A stretch of DNA of 64,000 bases, from contig NC_043017.1 in NCBI RefSeq assembly GCF_006345805.1, positions 20,584,001 through 20,648,000 of the forward strand, in the 5' to 3' direction. This document shows positions 1 through 12,640 of this stretch, piece after piece. Positions within the stretch are counted from its first letter, which is position 1. Every line of letters begins with the position of its first letter. The notes beneath the pieces were generated by a model, which saw nothing but the letters and a program-made list of their open reading frames with translations, did no database searches and was not told the DNA's origin. Made by a program: the position numbers and the translations under genes. Source of the DNA: Octopus sinensis. Lineage: Eukaryota.

Positions 1-101
1 AACAACAAAAATAACCAGATGCGGCAATAGCAGTGAGCAAAACTGAATGGAACATGGATTGTTGGCAAGACGGATGATGATGGATCTATGGATCTGTGGT
101 T

Positions 102-324
102 CTACAGACCATTTTTCGCTTTCTGATTAAAGCCATTTCCCATCACTTGGATTGGTAATGGCTCCGGGAATGTTTGGAATTTTTCAGCTTTACATGTTCT
201 CCTCTCTTTAGGAATCGAAGACTTAATACCAAATTCGAAGCCATAGCGTGAACCGGTTAACATTCCTGTGGACTTAACTACTTGATCTGTTTGTCTGTTT
301 CTCTCTCTCTCTCGCTCTCTCTCT
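102..324 (-). CDS. Possible terminal coding exon of an unidentified gene (weak candidate)
   Basis: On the minus strand a pyrimidine tract plus CAG (tcctttcctctctttctctccaacataactacag, ending at 325) is followed by 73 open codons [73 protein letters not shown] and TAG at 104-102. No recognisable domain; the pyrimidine tract is partly microsatellite. Confidence 0.2.
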
Positions 325-357
325 CTGTAGTTATGTTGGAGAGAAAGAGAGGAAAGG

Positions 358-360
<3 letters not shown>

Positions 361-391
<31 letters not shown>

Positions 392-546
392 ATATATATG
401 TGTGTGTGTGTGTGTATATATATGTGCATATATATATATATGTGTGTGTGCGTGTGTATATATATATATGTGTGTGTATATATATATGTGTGTATGTATA
501 TATATATATATGTGTGTGTATATATATGTGTGTATGTATATATATA

Positions 547-589
<43 letters not shown>

Positions 590-977
590 GTATTTATATA
601 TATATGTATTTATATGTATGTGAGTATGTATATATATATATATAAATACATATGTATATATGTCTGTGTGTGTATATATATGTGTGTATATATGTATACA
701 TACACACACACATATACGTAAAGGTACACACATACATGCATATATACATTAGATTTGTGTGTGCATTTGGGAAAGTGAGAACTGATAGGGATGGAGAAAT
801 GGAGAGAAAAGATATATTATGGAGTGGGGAGCAAGGTGGACATAGCATTGAGAGAAAGAGAGTGTGTGTGGGGAGGGGGGGTTAAAAGACAAATAAAACA
901 GAGAGAGAGTGAGAGGGGGAGAGAAGGAGGGAATGAGAAGAGAAAGCAAACAGAGAGTGAGACAATAATGTGCATGT

Positions 978-1017
<40 letters not shown>

Positions 1018-1245
1018 ATGAGAGACAAAGAGAGAGATGAGAAACAGGCAAACATAGAAGAGAGAGAAAAGGGGGAGAGTGAGAGAGAGAGGGAGAGAGA
1101 GTGAGAGAGTGAGAGAGAGAGGGAGAGAGAGGGGAGAGAGGGCGAGAGAGAAGGGGAGAGAGGGGGAGAGGGGGAGAGAGAGGGGGAGAGAGAGGGAGAG
1201 AGATAGGGAGAGAGAGAGAGAGAGAGAGAAGGGAGAGAGAATATA
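361..1245. repeat. (TA/TG)n then (GA)n microsatellite tracts
   Basis: Directly visible dinucleotide runs at about 361-745 and 850-1245. Confidence 0.95.
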
Positions 1246-1725
1246 AGAGCTGCAAATCTCCACAATCTGCCAATCGCTAACCTTCATTGAAACTTCTCTT
1301 TGCTTTTCAAACTTTGTGAAGTGTGAAGCATTTATTTTAAGATGGAATAATTTCCAAAGAATTTCTGTTCTACAATGGAACCATCCACTTAAAGGAAACG
1401 CAGGACAAAAATAATGTATTTCCTGATTATTTTGTGAAATATAGATTTATTGGTTAAAAGAATTCCGATGACTTAATCAGTAGTTTACTGTATTTATGTC
1501 AGAGAGAGTAGAAAGGGACTAGCTATGTAATTTGGATGGGACAAATAGCACAAAAGGTTTTCTTTCTTTTTTGTTCAAAACCACAGTTCAATTGGTTTTC
1601 TCACTGGTGTTTCTATTTTTTACTGGAACACATCACCAAAAGATACACAAATACAAATACATGTGTGTGCGTGTGCATGTATATATCTGTCTGTCTGTCT
1701 GTCTATCTATCTGTCTATCTATCTG

Positions 1726-2788
1726 CCGTCCCGGGTCGACCTTGAGTGACTTCAACACAACCAAAGCATTCTATAGGGGATTAGTGGAGGGGAGGTACGA
1801 CGACGAGCTCGGGGCAAACCTGGGCGTCGACGAGGAATACCTGACCCGCCTGTTTCAAACGACTTTCGGCCCGGGACCTATGGACAACTTCCAGAGATCC
1901 CTGGCCTGGCGGTGCTACCGAGAAGCGCTACCCGTTCAGGATAAGCTCTATAGGCATGGCTCGAGAAACACGGGGCCGACCTGCCCGAGATGCGGGCAGA
2001 GCGACGAAACCGCTCTGCACGCAATCGTGCAGTGTCCAGCAATTTCCCACCTGTGGGCTTATGTCGAACGACTGCTGTCACGTGTGGGACGTGTCGGTTT
2101 ATCAGCCGAGTCTATCGTTAATATCGTCACGCCTCCTTCCTTCAAACGGGAAGGAAGAGCTATTTTATCATACTTGTGGCTATGGCGAAAGAATGTATCT
2201 GGTGGACGCGTCTGAAAGGATTAGAGACAAACACTTTCCTCTCTGGTCAATCTCTCATCAACTTCTTCAAGTATCACTTGAAGAAAAAAGTGAGAGTAGA
2301 GAGGCAAGTTTTGTCTAGTGAATGTTTTAAAAAAAGATGGGTGAATGTAGCAAGGATGGCACGTATGAATGACGAAGCCACCTTGACTATGATTCTATGA
2401 ACCGTAAAAATTAATACAGAGAGTTGCTTATTTGCAAAAAAAAAAAAAAGAAATATAACATGTGACTTCATTGACCGAGGTTACCGTGGTCTTTTCCGTA
2501 GGCTTTTCTTTCCACGGGTAAACCTCACCTGTCCTCCCCTTTACACTTCATATTGACATTTCTGTGATAACGATCCCTATTGATCAATTTTTTTTCCTCT
2601 CCCCCATTTTTTTAACCCCCCCTTTTTTTGTCCTCTTTCTCTCCTTTTACGATCCCTTTTGATCGACCCCTCCTTTTTTATTTTATTTATTTATTTATTT
2701 ATTTATTTTTTTTAAACCTTCAAAAGAAAAGCTCTACCTTGTAATTTGTTCTATCTGTGTGCAGCCCTGTGTGGCTAATAAAGAAACA
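1726..2788 (+). mobile_element. 5'-truncated L1/Tx1-type non-LTR retrotransposon (ORF2 C-terminus with zf-RVT-like motif, and 3' UTR)
   Basis: Translation WRCYREALPVQDKLYRHG..CPRCGQSDETALHAIVQCPAISHLW matches the CxxC..ETxxH..xC zinc-binding motif found after RT in L1/Tx1 ORF2. A frameshift leads to ..KKKVRVERQVLSSECFKKRW. A pyrimidine-rich 3' UTR ends in aataaagaaac. Flanked on both sides by (TCTA/TCTG)n. Confidence 0.85.
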
Positions 2789-2954
2789 TATCTATCTGTC
2801 TGTCTATCTATCTATCTGTCTGTCTGTCTATCTATCTCTCTCTCTATCTATCTATCTATCTATCTCTCTATCTCTCTGTCTATCTATCAGTCTGTCTGTC
2901 TATCTCTCTATCTATCTATCTATCTGTCTGTCTATCTGTCTGTCTGTCTGTCGG

Positions 2955-2985
<31 letters not shown>

Positions 2986-3163
2986 GTCTATCTATCTGTC
3001 TGTCTATCTATCTATCTGTCTATCTGTCTGTCTGTCTATCTGTCTATCTATCTATCTGTCTGTCTATCTATCTATCTGTTTGTCTGTCTATCTATCTGTC
3101 TGTCTGTCTATCTGTCTGTCTGTCTGTCTGTCAGTCTATCTATCTATCTATCTGTTTGTCTGC

Positions 3164-3195
<32 letters not shown>
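2789..3195. repeat. (TCTA/TCTG)n tetranucleotide microsatellite
   Basis: Directly visible. Confidence 0.95.
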
Positions 3196-3517
3196 ACTTG
3201 TCTTTTAAAGGGCCAGTTTTGTTACATTCTTTGTGACACTGTATCTTCCTGAGAACTCTGTTAAGGTCTCACATGTAGAACATCAATGGAGTGTCAGTGA
3301 AATTTTAAGGAAAAATGGTATTGAATTAAAAGCTTTCCTTCAAATAATTTTCACAGAATCTGAAAGAATATAAGACATACTGCACATCTAGAGACTGGCA
3401 AATAATCGTTAAAAACTGAACTTAAGTAAATCTTGTTCAAAATATTCTACTGAAAAATCAGACACAACTTTCATTACAGCCTGATAGAAAAAAGAGAAAT
3501 TTTCACCAAAATGCTAT

Positions 3518-3925
3518 GCGTGGCTGTGTGGTAGGTAGCTTGTTTACCAACCACATGGTTCCGGGTTCAGTCCAACTGCGTGGCACCTTGGGCAAGTGTC
3601 TTCTACTATAGCCTCGGGCCGACCAAAGCCTGGTGAGTGGATTTGGTAGACGGAAACTGAAAGAAGCCCGTCGTATATGTATATATATATATGTGCGTGT
3701 GTGTGTTTGTGTCTCTGTATTTGTCCCCCTAGCATTGCTTGACAACCGATGCTGGTGTGCTTATGTCCCCGTTACTTAGCGGTTCGGCAAAAGAGACTGA
3801 TAGAATAAGTACTGGGCTTACAAAAAGAATAAGTCCTGGGGTCGAGTTGCTCGATTAAAGGCGGTGCTCCAGCATGGCCGCAGTCAAATGACTGAAACAA
3901 GTAAAAGAGTAAAAGAGAGTAAGAG
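3518..3925 (+). mobile_element. tRNA-derived SINE, family A (internal (TA/TG)n, tail gtaaaaga repeats)
   Basis: A-box-like tggctgtgtgg and B-box-like ggttcagtcc; many copies in this window share the body and the tail ctccagcatggccgcagtcaaatgactgaaac. Confidence 0.85.
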
Positions 3926-4645
3926 TGGGATTGAACCTGGAACAACATGTTTGCGATGCAAACATCTTCAACCACGATCACACCCACTCTTCCGTACTTG
4001 CATTCATTTCCTTTACCTAAAAGGTTTGGCAATCCCATGAACAGACGATTCTAAAATCACTTTTAAGACATTAATTGCATACTTGACAAAATGACATGAA
4101 CGCATTAGAGAAAGGAAATTTTCCAGAATCACCAGGAAACAGGAAAATCCCATTGGATATTTCGTTAGTGCAAGAGACAGCTTACTTGATTAACTAATAT
4201 TTTAAAGCAACCTGGCAGCTGTTAGGAGTAGATTTACGAAAGGGTTTACCTTTGACAGCCGCCTTTTAGGGAAACGGCTGAGGATTATTGCATAATGTCT
4301 TGCACTATCATAGTTTTGGCCAACTCCCCATCCAACGGTCAATTCTATCTGGCAGGAATTTTAGAGTCGGTTATTATAAAACAGATGGAATATCATTTTG
4401 ACCAAAGGTTGGACGAAGGGAAAAGTTAAAATTCTCGTGTAACGTGAAGTGTGTATAAGTAGATATTTGGGTGTGTGCATGTAAGATTTACATGTAGGAA
4501 CACTTAATATATAGGTACACAAACATACAATCACCGATGTTTGTAGTGATATAAAATGTGTAAACGTATACACATGCATATGTATGCATTATGCATGTGT
4601 TTATGTTTCTGTGTGTGAGTTCATCCTAACAAACAAGCCCTGCAG

Positions 4646-4688
<43 letters not shown>

Positions 4689-4890
4689 TATAGATAGATA
4701 GATATGCATGTAAAATGTGCAAATATATGCATGTGTGTGTGTAGATTTGGACACATATGCTTATATATATATGCACACACATAGATGGATAGATAAATAG
4801 AAAGATAGATCGATAAAGATGAATAGATAGATATAAAGATGGATAGATAGCTAGATAAAACTTCAGATAAATAGAGATATATAGATGGAC

Positions 4891-4928
<38 letters not shown>

Positions 4929-5604
4929 GTAGATAGATAGATAGATAGATAGAAAGATAAATTGATAGATATATATATAGATAGAAAGATAGATAGGAAG
5001 AGAGATAAATAAATGCATGTAAAATGTGTAAATAGAGACACACATCTATTCAGCATATGTTTTTGAGTGTAATCTGAATGAGTATTCTGACACACATACT
5101 TGCATAAATACATGTAAAATATGCAAAATCTACACATACGTATGCACTATGCCCGTATCTGTATGTGCATGTTTTCAGACGCATTTACCTCTCTCTATAT
5201 ATGTTTATATTCACGTACCTGTACAAATATGTCATAATCACATGAAACAAGAATAGACAGGTACCTGCAGACATGCATGCGAAGAAAGACAAGGAGACAT
5301 GCATCTGTAGACATGCACTTGTAGACATGCACAATTGCACCTATATACAAGCACACGTGCAGTAATGCATCTGCATACATGCAGAAATGCCCATAATATT
5401 CCAGTCAGCATTTTTTCAGTTTATTTGTAAATATCTTCCTGACCATGGGCGTCGCTGGTTAATCTACAATGGTTGAAAGCGTACCCGTCTGTGCAGGCCA
5501 ATTCTAAGTTCAATGTGGTGTTCCAAGAATTATCATCATATTTTTGAGACAGTCGGGGCTAATTTGATAGAAATTTTGCTATTGTTTCTAGCAAATCAAG
5601 TGAC

Positions 5605-6085
5605 TGCAAATCAAGTTTCATTTGAAAAGCAAATTGAGAGTGGAGAGGGAAGTGCTGTCCTCAACTAAGTTTATGGAAAAGTGGGTGTAAGTTTCAAATA
5701 TGGCAAGAGTGGATGGTATCTCTCTAAGTGTAGACCTGTGAATCAGGGAGAAGGAATTGGAGAGGGCCCTTGCTTCTGGAGTTTCTGGGAAATCTTGGAC
5801 AATGGGGTTCTCAATTATCCCTCGAGGCCTTCCTGTATCAGGAGGGCCACATCTCTGTCATCCTCCCCACTATATATTTTTTTTGCCCTAAGCCTTTGTA
5901 TGCTATGCACATGTCCCTTCTTTTTCAGTGTATACTGTGTATACTATCTTTCTTTCTTTCATTTATTTTCCATTTTATCATTTTTCTTATTTTATCATTT
6001 CATTATATGTAAATGCCCACACCTTATGTCCGTCTCTGTACTGCCCCCTCGTCCTTTGCTGTTGTGGCAAATAAATGAAATCATC
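5605..6085 (+). mobile_element. L1/Tx1-type LINE 3' fragment (degenerate)
   Basis: IKFHLKSKLRVEREVLSSTKFMEKW is homologous to the ORF2 end at 2270-2400; 3' UTR ends gtggcaaataaatgaa plus (ATC)n/(ATT)n. Confidence 0.75.
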
Positions 6086-6404
6086 ATCATCATCATCATT
6101 ATTATTATTCATTTATGAAGGTTGACGTAACTCTTCTTGAAGGTAAATAAGCAATAAGAGGAATGCAATATGATTTGTAATAAACAGAGATTGACTTTGT
6201 TTATTGAATTGAACAATATGTCGACAGTCTCTGTTTATTACATATCATATCATGCTCTTCTTATTGCTTATCATTATTATTATTATTATCATTATTCCTC
6301 ACAAATCAGCAATGCCCGGACAATGAACGAGTCTGTGCAGAATGATTTTGTCACTCTGCATGCACCTCAGACAAGCTCATCTGGCAGCACATCTACAGGC
6401 AAGG

Positions 6405-7535
6405 GTGTGCCATCAGATGGGCTTGTCTGAGGTGCGCACAAAGTGACGAAACCATCCTGCATGCACTCATTCAGTGTCTGGGCAGTGCTGACTTGTGGGG
6501 TTATGTTGAATAGCTGCTGTCTCATGTGGGATGGATTCATGTATCAGCCGAGCTCTAGTGATGATTGCCCCACCACCCTCCTTCAATTTGGCAGGCAAGG
6601 TAGTTTTCCTTTGCCTGGTGACTGTGGTGAAAGAGAGGTGAACAAGGCTGAAAAGCATGAGGACAGATACATTCCACTTTGGTAGAGCTCTCATCACTAG
6701 CATAGCTAGAGTGTGTGCTGCCCAGGGCAGGTCTTCTGTTTGCCACCCCTGGACCCAACAAAAAAATCACATATTGCCTACAGCAAACCCAGAAGTACTG
6801 CCTCTTTGAAAGTGCTGTCCCTACCGACCACCCTAGCTATGCTAGTGGCTCTCATTGACCTCTTCAAGTTACACTTGGGTGAAACTGAGGGTGGAGAAAG
6901 AAGTGCTGTCCTCAAGTAAGTTTAATGAAAGGTGGGTGAAAGTTGCAAAAATGGCAAGAGTGGATGGTACCTCTCTAAGTATAGACTTGTGAATCATCAT
7001 CATCGTTTAATCTCCGTTTTCCATGCTAGCATGGGTTGGACGGTTCAACCGGGATCTGGGAAGCCAAAAGGCTGCACCAGGCCCCAGTCTGATCTGGCAG
7101 TGTTTCTACAGCTGGATGCCTTTCCTAACGCCAACCACTCTGTGAGTGTAGTGGGTGCTTTTTACGTGCCAGGCGAGGCTGGCAATGGCCACGATCAGAT
7201 TGGTGCTTTTTACATGCCACCTGCATGGAAGCCAAGGCACTTGCTCTTGGTATTCAAGGAAATCTCAGTCAGCAGGGTCCCTTGATTATCCCTAGAGGTC
7301 ATCCTGTATCAGGAGGGCCACATCTCTATCATCCTCCCCCTTTTTCCTTTTCTTTGAACCATTGTACCCTATGTGTGTGTCCTTTCCTTTCCATTGTGTA
7401 CCGTGTAGACTCATAATTTATTTTTAATTTGCTTTTTCAAATTATTTTATCATTTCCATATATGGAAACCCCAACAGATTATGTTTGTCTTTGTATTTCC
7501 CCCCCTTGTCCTTCACTCTGATGGCAAATAAATGA
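6405..7535 (+). mobile_element. L1/Tx1-type LINE 3' fragment interrupted by a family B SINE
   Basis: CLRCAQSDETILHALIQCLGSADLWGYVE is the same zf-RVT-like motif as at about 1980; its 3' portion matches 5640-6085; insertion at about 6993-7232. Confidence 0.75.
6993..7232 (-). mobile_element. SINE-like repeat, family B ((ATG)n tail)
   Basis: Plus strand reads catcatc-gtttaa..tccatgctagcatgggttggacgg..gctggatgcctttcctaacgccaaccac; at least 8 copies in the window. Confidence 0.75.
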
Positions 7536-7594
7536 AACCATTATTATCATCGTTATTATTATTATTATTATATTATTATTATTATTGTCATTAA

Positions 7595-7812
7595 AAGGCG
7601 GTGAGCTGGCAGAAACGTTAGCAAGCCGGGCGAAATGCGTAGCTGTATTTCGTCTACCGTTAGGTTCTGAGTTCAAATTCCGCCGAGGTCAACTTTGCCT
7701 TTCATCCTTTCGGGGTCGATAAATTAAGTACCAGTTTCGCACTCGGGTCGATGTAATCACTTAATCCGTTTGTCTGTCCTTGTTTAGCCCCTTGTGGGGT
7801 AGTAAAGAAATA
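7595..7812 (+). mobile_element. tRNA-derived SINE, family C (Tx1-like tail variant)
   Basis: aaggcggtgagctggcagaa A-box-like, gagttcaaattcc B-box-like, central gaggtcaactttgcctttcatcctttcggggtcgataaattaagtaccag, tail tagccccttgtggggtagtaaagaaata. Confidence 0.8.
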
Positions 7813-7994
7813 ATAATTATTATTATTATCATTATTATTATTATCATTATTATTGTTGTTGTTTGAAATATTTCTTGTTACTTATGTACAGATTAGCAGT
7901 ATATATTGTCTTATCTGAGAGTGTAACGAGTGAGTGATTAAATCAACAGACACGAATAGGTTGGTAGGTTAAAAGCAGGAAGCAACAGCAACAA

Positions 7995-8215
7995 CAATAA
8001 TTCTTTCTAGTAAAGGTACAAAGCCAGAAATTTGAAGGGAGGTGGGGTCTAGTTGATTACATCGACCCCCAGTGTTTCACTGGTACCTATATTATCGATC
8101 CCGAAAGGATTAAAGGCAAAGTCAACCTCGGAGGAATTTGAACTCGGAACATAAACATGAATGAAATGATGCAAAGCACTATGTCCCGTGTGCTAACAAT
8201 TCAACCAGCTCATTG
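7995..8215 (-). mobile_element. SINE family C (alternative tail), inverted relative to the 7595 copy
   Basis: Reverse complement of the same central domain (cccgaaaggattaaaggcaaagtcaacctcggaggaatttgaactc). Confidence 0.75.
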
Positions 8216-8221
8216 GGCTGA

Positions 8222-8255
<34 letters not shown>

Positions 8256-8902
8256 GTGGATGACATCTTTTTGAAAAAAAAATGGATTATATCAAAGTAA
8301 AAAAAAATGGATAGAAAAAGATAATTTCAAAGGGATTGCTAAAAGAGCACGGAAACGTACACAACACACACACACATACATACACACAAAAAAATGCACA
8401 TGGAAACACACACACGCGCACACACACACACACACACACAAATGGTCAGAGTACGTAGATAAATAAGACGATTCTCAGCTCAGTTTAGTTTAAAGATAAT
8501 ATAGTGTTGAAAAATCTCAAAGGTACCTCAAGGTAAGATGGTGGTATCTATCTGGGTGGCAAAGTCTGCATGAAAGGGAAGACTGATGGGGAGCAAGGGA
8601 AATGAAGGGAAAGAGAAAAGGGGGGGGGACACAGAAAATGGAAGTGGGTAGGGGGTACGAGGAAAGAAAGGAGGTGGAAAGGTTGTAGTGATTATTGCTA
8701 ATGTAAAACAGGTGTGCTGTCTGTTTGCAGAAGTCATAAGGTGCACCAAGAGAGATTTGAAATATATAAAAACATAACCAAGGGATAACCAGGTACAAGA
8801 ATTGTCAGGAGAGAAAACCAGGCTTTCCTTTAAAGAGAGTGTGTGCGTGTGTGTGCATGCACGCATGTATGTATATATATATATATATGTGTGTGTGTGG
8901 TG

Positions 8903-8965
<63 letters not shown>

Positions 8966-9098
8966 AAAATAGATAAATATGTCAAAACTTCTCTTGAAGC
9001 TAAAAGTTTATATATATATATATATTTATATATACCATACATACACATATATTCATACACCACCATCAACGTGTAGCATTTATACATGTTTGTATAAA

Positions 9099-9132
<34 letters not shown>

Positions 9133-9720
9133 CATACATACATACATACATACATACATACATACATACATACATTTCAAAGCTTTCATTGAAGCTAAAA
9201 GTATATATATATATACATACAGACACACACATATATATATCTATACATATGTATGTATCTATGTATGTATGCCTTGATGCTGAATAGGTAAGAGGAATTC
9301 TGCTTAGAAAGAATGATGCTGAAAATACATCATCAGCACCTGCCAAAATTTGGGTGGATGGGTGGGTGGATGAAATAGGATTTCCATTACATCTGAAGAA
9401 TTTTGAATTTGGAATAATTTCGTCTTCTGTTAATTGGTGTTACCATTTAGTTCTCATTGAAGATGCTGCTAAAGGTGAGCCTATGAAATTACATTCTGGC
9501 TTGAAATAAGATACTGATAGCTGATTTTCTTTTCCGTGCATATATATACAAATATATATACACACACACATATACAGAGGTATGTATACCTATACATGTT
9601 TATAGATATATATATATATATATATAAAAACATATATATATATGCCTATGTATAAACGCGTAGATGTGTGTGTATATATATACACACAGACATACAGAGA
9701 TATGTATACCTATACATGTT

Positions 9721-9758
<38 letters not shown>

Positions 9759-9991
9759 TATATATGAATTTTTTGCATAATGAGATAAAAAAAACCAAGG
9801 CTGTATAGATATTAGAGCATTTATACAGTTTTTTATCTCATCACGCAAAAACTTGATATATACACACGCTGACATAGAACCAACTTTGAACCCTGTATTC
9901 GGAATATTACCGAATCTGGAACTTAACTATGGTCTGTCTATAGCACTTATTCAGCATTACCTAACACCTTTGGGTCTCAATGACACCATTA

Positions 9992-10035
<44 letters not shown>

Positions 10036-11079
10036 TTACATGTAAATATAAATTTATATATATATATATATATGCTGGTATGTATATATATATATATATA
10101 ATATATGTATGTATGTCTATGCATGAGTACATATATAAATTTTTTGCTTCATGTAAATGTAAAGGTCAACTGGGGTCAATCTTAATGTCCAATAGCGCTT
10201 TGTTTTGCTTTCTGCTCTATCTAGCCTTCTTCTTTAGTCTTATTTAATGGGATATTTTTGTTATCAGTGTAATTCACATTATTATATTCACTTGTTTATT
10301 TTTATGTTTTATTTAATTTTTTTTATTCTTTATTACTGATATTGAAAAGTGTTCTTCATTTTAACCCAGTTTCTTGTGTAAGCAAGTCAAAAACTACAAA
10401 GCAAACTGCAACTACCAAAAGGTATTTCTAATTAAAATAAGTGAAACAGAGATTAGAAAACGATGTATCTTTTGACAATTCACCTGAGGAAACACATCTG
10501 CATTTATGAGGTACCACAACTGTTTGTACCAGCATCTCATCTGTGAGGTACCAAAGCATGATGGTGAAATGATCACGGTGAATAATAAAGGGTCTTGTGA
10601 ATTCATTTTCTTTATTTGTCCTGCAACTCAAGTTTCACACCACTCAAATCTTCAGGTGCAATTATTTTAGTTTCAATAAAAAACCTCGTAGGCTCTACAA
10701 ATTCTTTTGAGCACTCCTTTCTTGTTTGATCAACATAAAGCAAAATACGTATATTTTTTTATATATGTATCATGGGAAAGTAATAACTGCTGTAGAAATG
10801 CAGTGTAAAATACCAGTGGAGTGCGATATTAAAAATTATTAAAGTACAGAAAGAAAGGTAAAGAAAGAAAAGTAAGAATCTGGTTTTAAGTATAACCTTA
10901 AGGTTCAACATCTATGAAGTATGAAAATATTTTGAATAACCGATTATTAATATAATTTATTAATATCATATATATATAATTGAATTTCCTCCAAAATTTT
11001 ATTAATTCTTTGTTTGATATAAGTATATGTATACATGTGTGTTCGTCTCTCTATGTGTTCGACGTCTTTTTGGTGTCCT

Positions 11080-11780
<701 letters not shown>

Positions 11781-12289
11781 CTCTGCTTTTCTTTACAAAG
11801 ATAATTTACCTTTAAATTCTGTAATAAGATTAAATTTGTTTTTAATCTTTTTTCTTTTTAACAGATGGGAGGAGGAGAAAATAAACAACCATTTTGCAAA
11901 CGATAAAGCAACCAATTAGAAGCAACTAATTAAGCTCATTAACGATGAGATATAAAACAAGCTCAGCTGTTTGACATGGAAAGATCAGCAATCTTTGCTT
12001 TATAATATAAAAGTTTTTTCGTGTTTTGTTTGTGTTTAGTTTTTTTTTTAATGTTTATTTGTTTTGTTATCTTTTCAGCATTTGCAGCACGATGATTACT
12101 GTTTTGGATAGGAAATATTATTTGCAAAAATTGTTTGGAGAAAAACATGAAGAGTGTGAAAAGACAAAAATTCAAATGTGGATGGAAAGGGCTGTTCAAA
12201 TGTGAAAGGAAAAACCCTCTTCTATCCTTTGAGGAAGGAAACCACATTAAGAGTTATGATGATAAGGATGATGGTGGTAAATAAAAAAA

Positions 12290-12530
12290 TAAAAAAATAA
12301 TAATAATAATAATAATGATGATGATGATACAATAATAATAATAGTGTCGATGACGATAATGATAATTAGAAATCTATAAGGGATCATTATTAAAGTGTAT
12401 GCCATTGCTGCTACTAATAACAGCAGCAACGACAACAACAACACGTGTACAAGAAATCATTATCAAAATGTAAAATAGTTCTGATAATGACATTGACAAC
12501 AACAACAAAGTAGTAATGATAATAATAATA

Positions 12531-12586
<56 letters not shown>

Positions 12587-12640
12587 AATAATAATAATAA
12601 TAGTTATGATGATAAAAAACAACAACAACAACAACATGCA
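12290..12640. repeat. (AAT)n/(GAT)n/(AAC)n trinucleotide tracts
   Basis: Directly visible. Confidence 0.9.

Noticed and set aside
1532-2215. 227-aa ORF as a host gene
   Set aside because: The N-terminal part runs through flank and microsatellite; the remainder is a truncated LINE ORF2 fragment.
10486-10622. Minus-strand peptide FIIHRDHFTIMLWYLTDEM resembling QIIHRVPPGHLNYLTDVM at about 31235-31310 (possible paralogous exons)
   Set aside because: The match is short. The 10.5 kb segment is an out-of-frame degenerate tandem repeat (tggtacctca twice), and the 31 kb frame stops after a few codons with no good donor. It is treated as coincidence unless tBLASTn finds a family.
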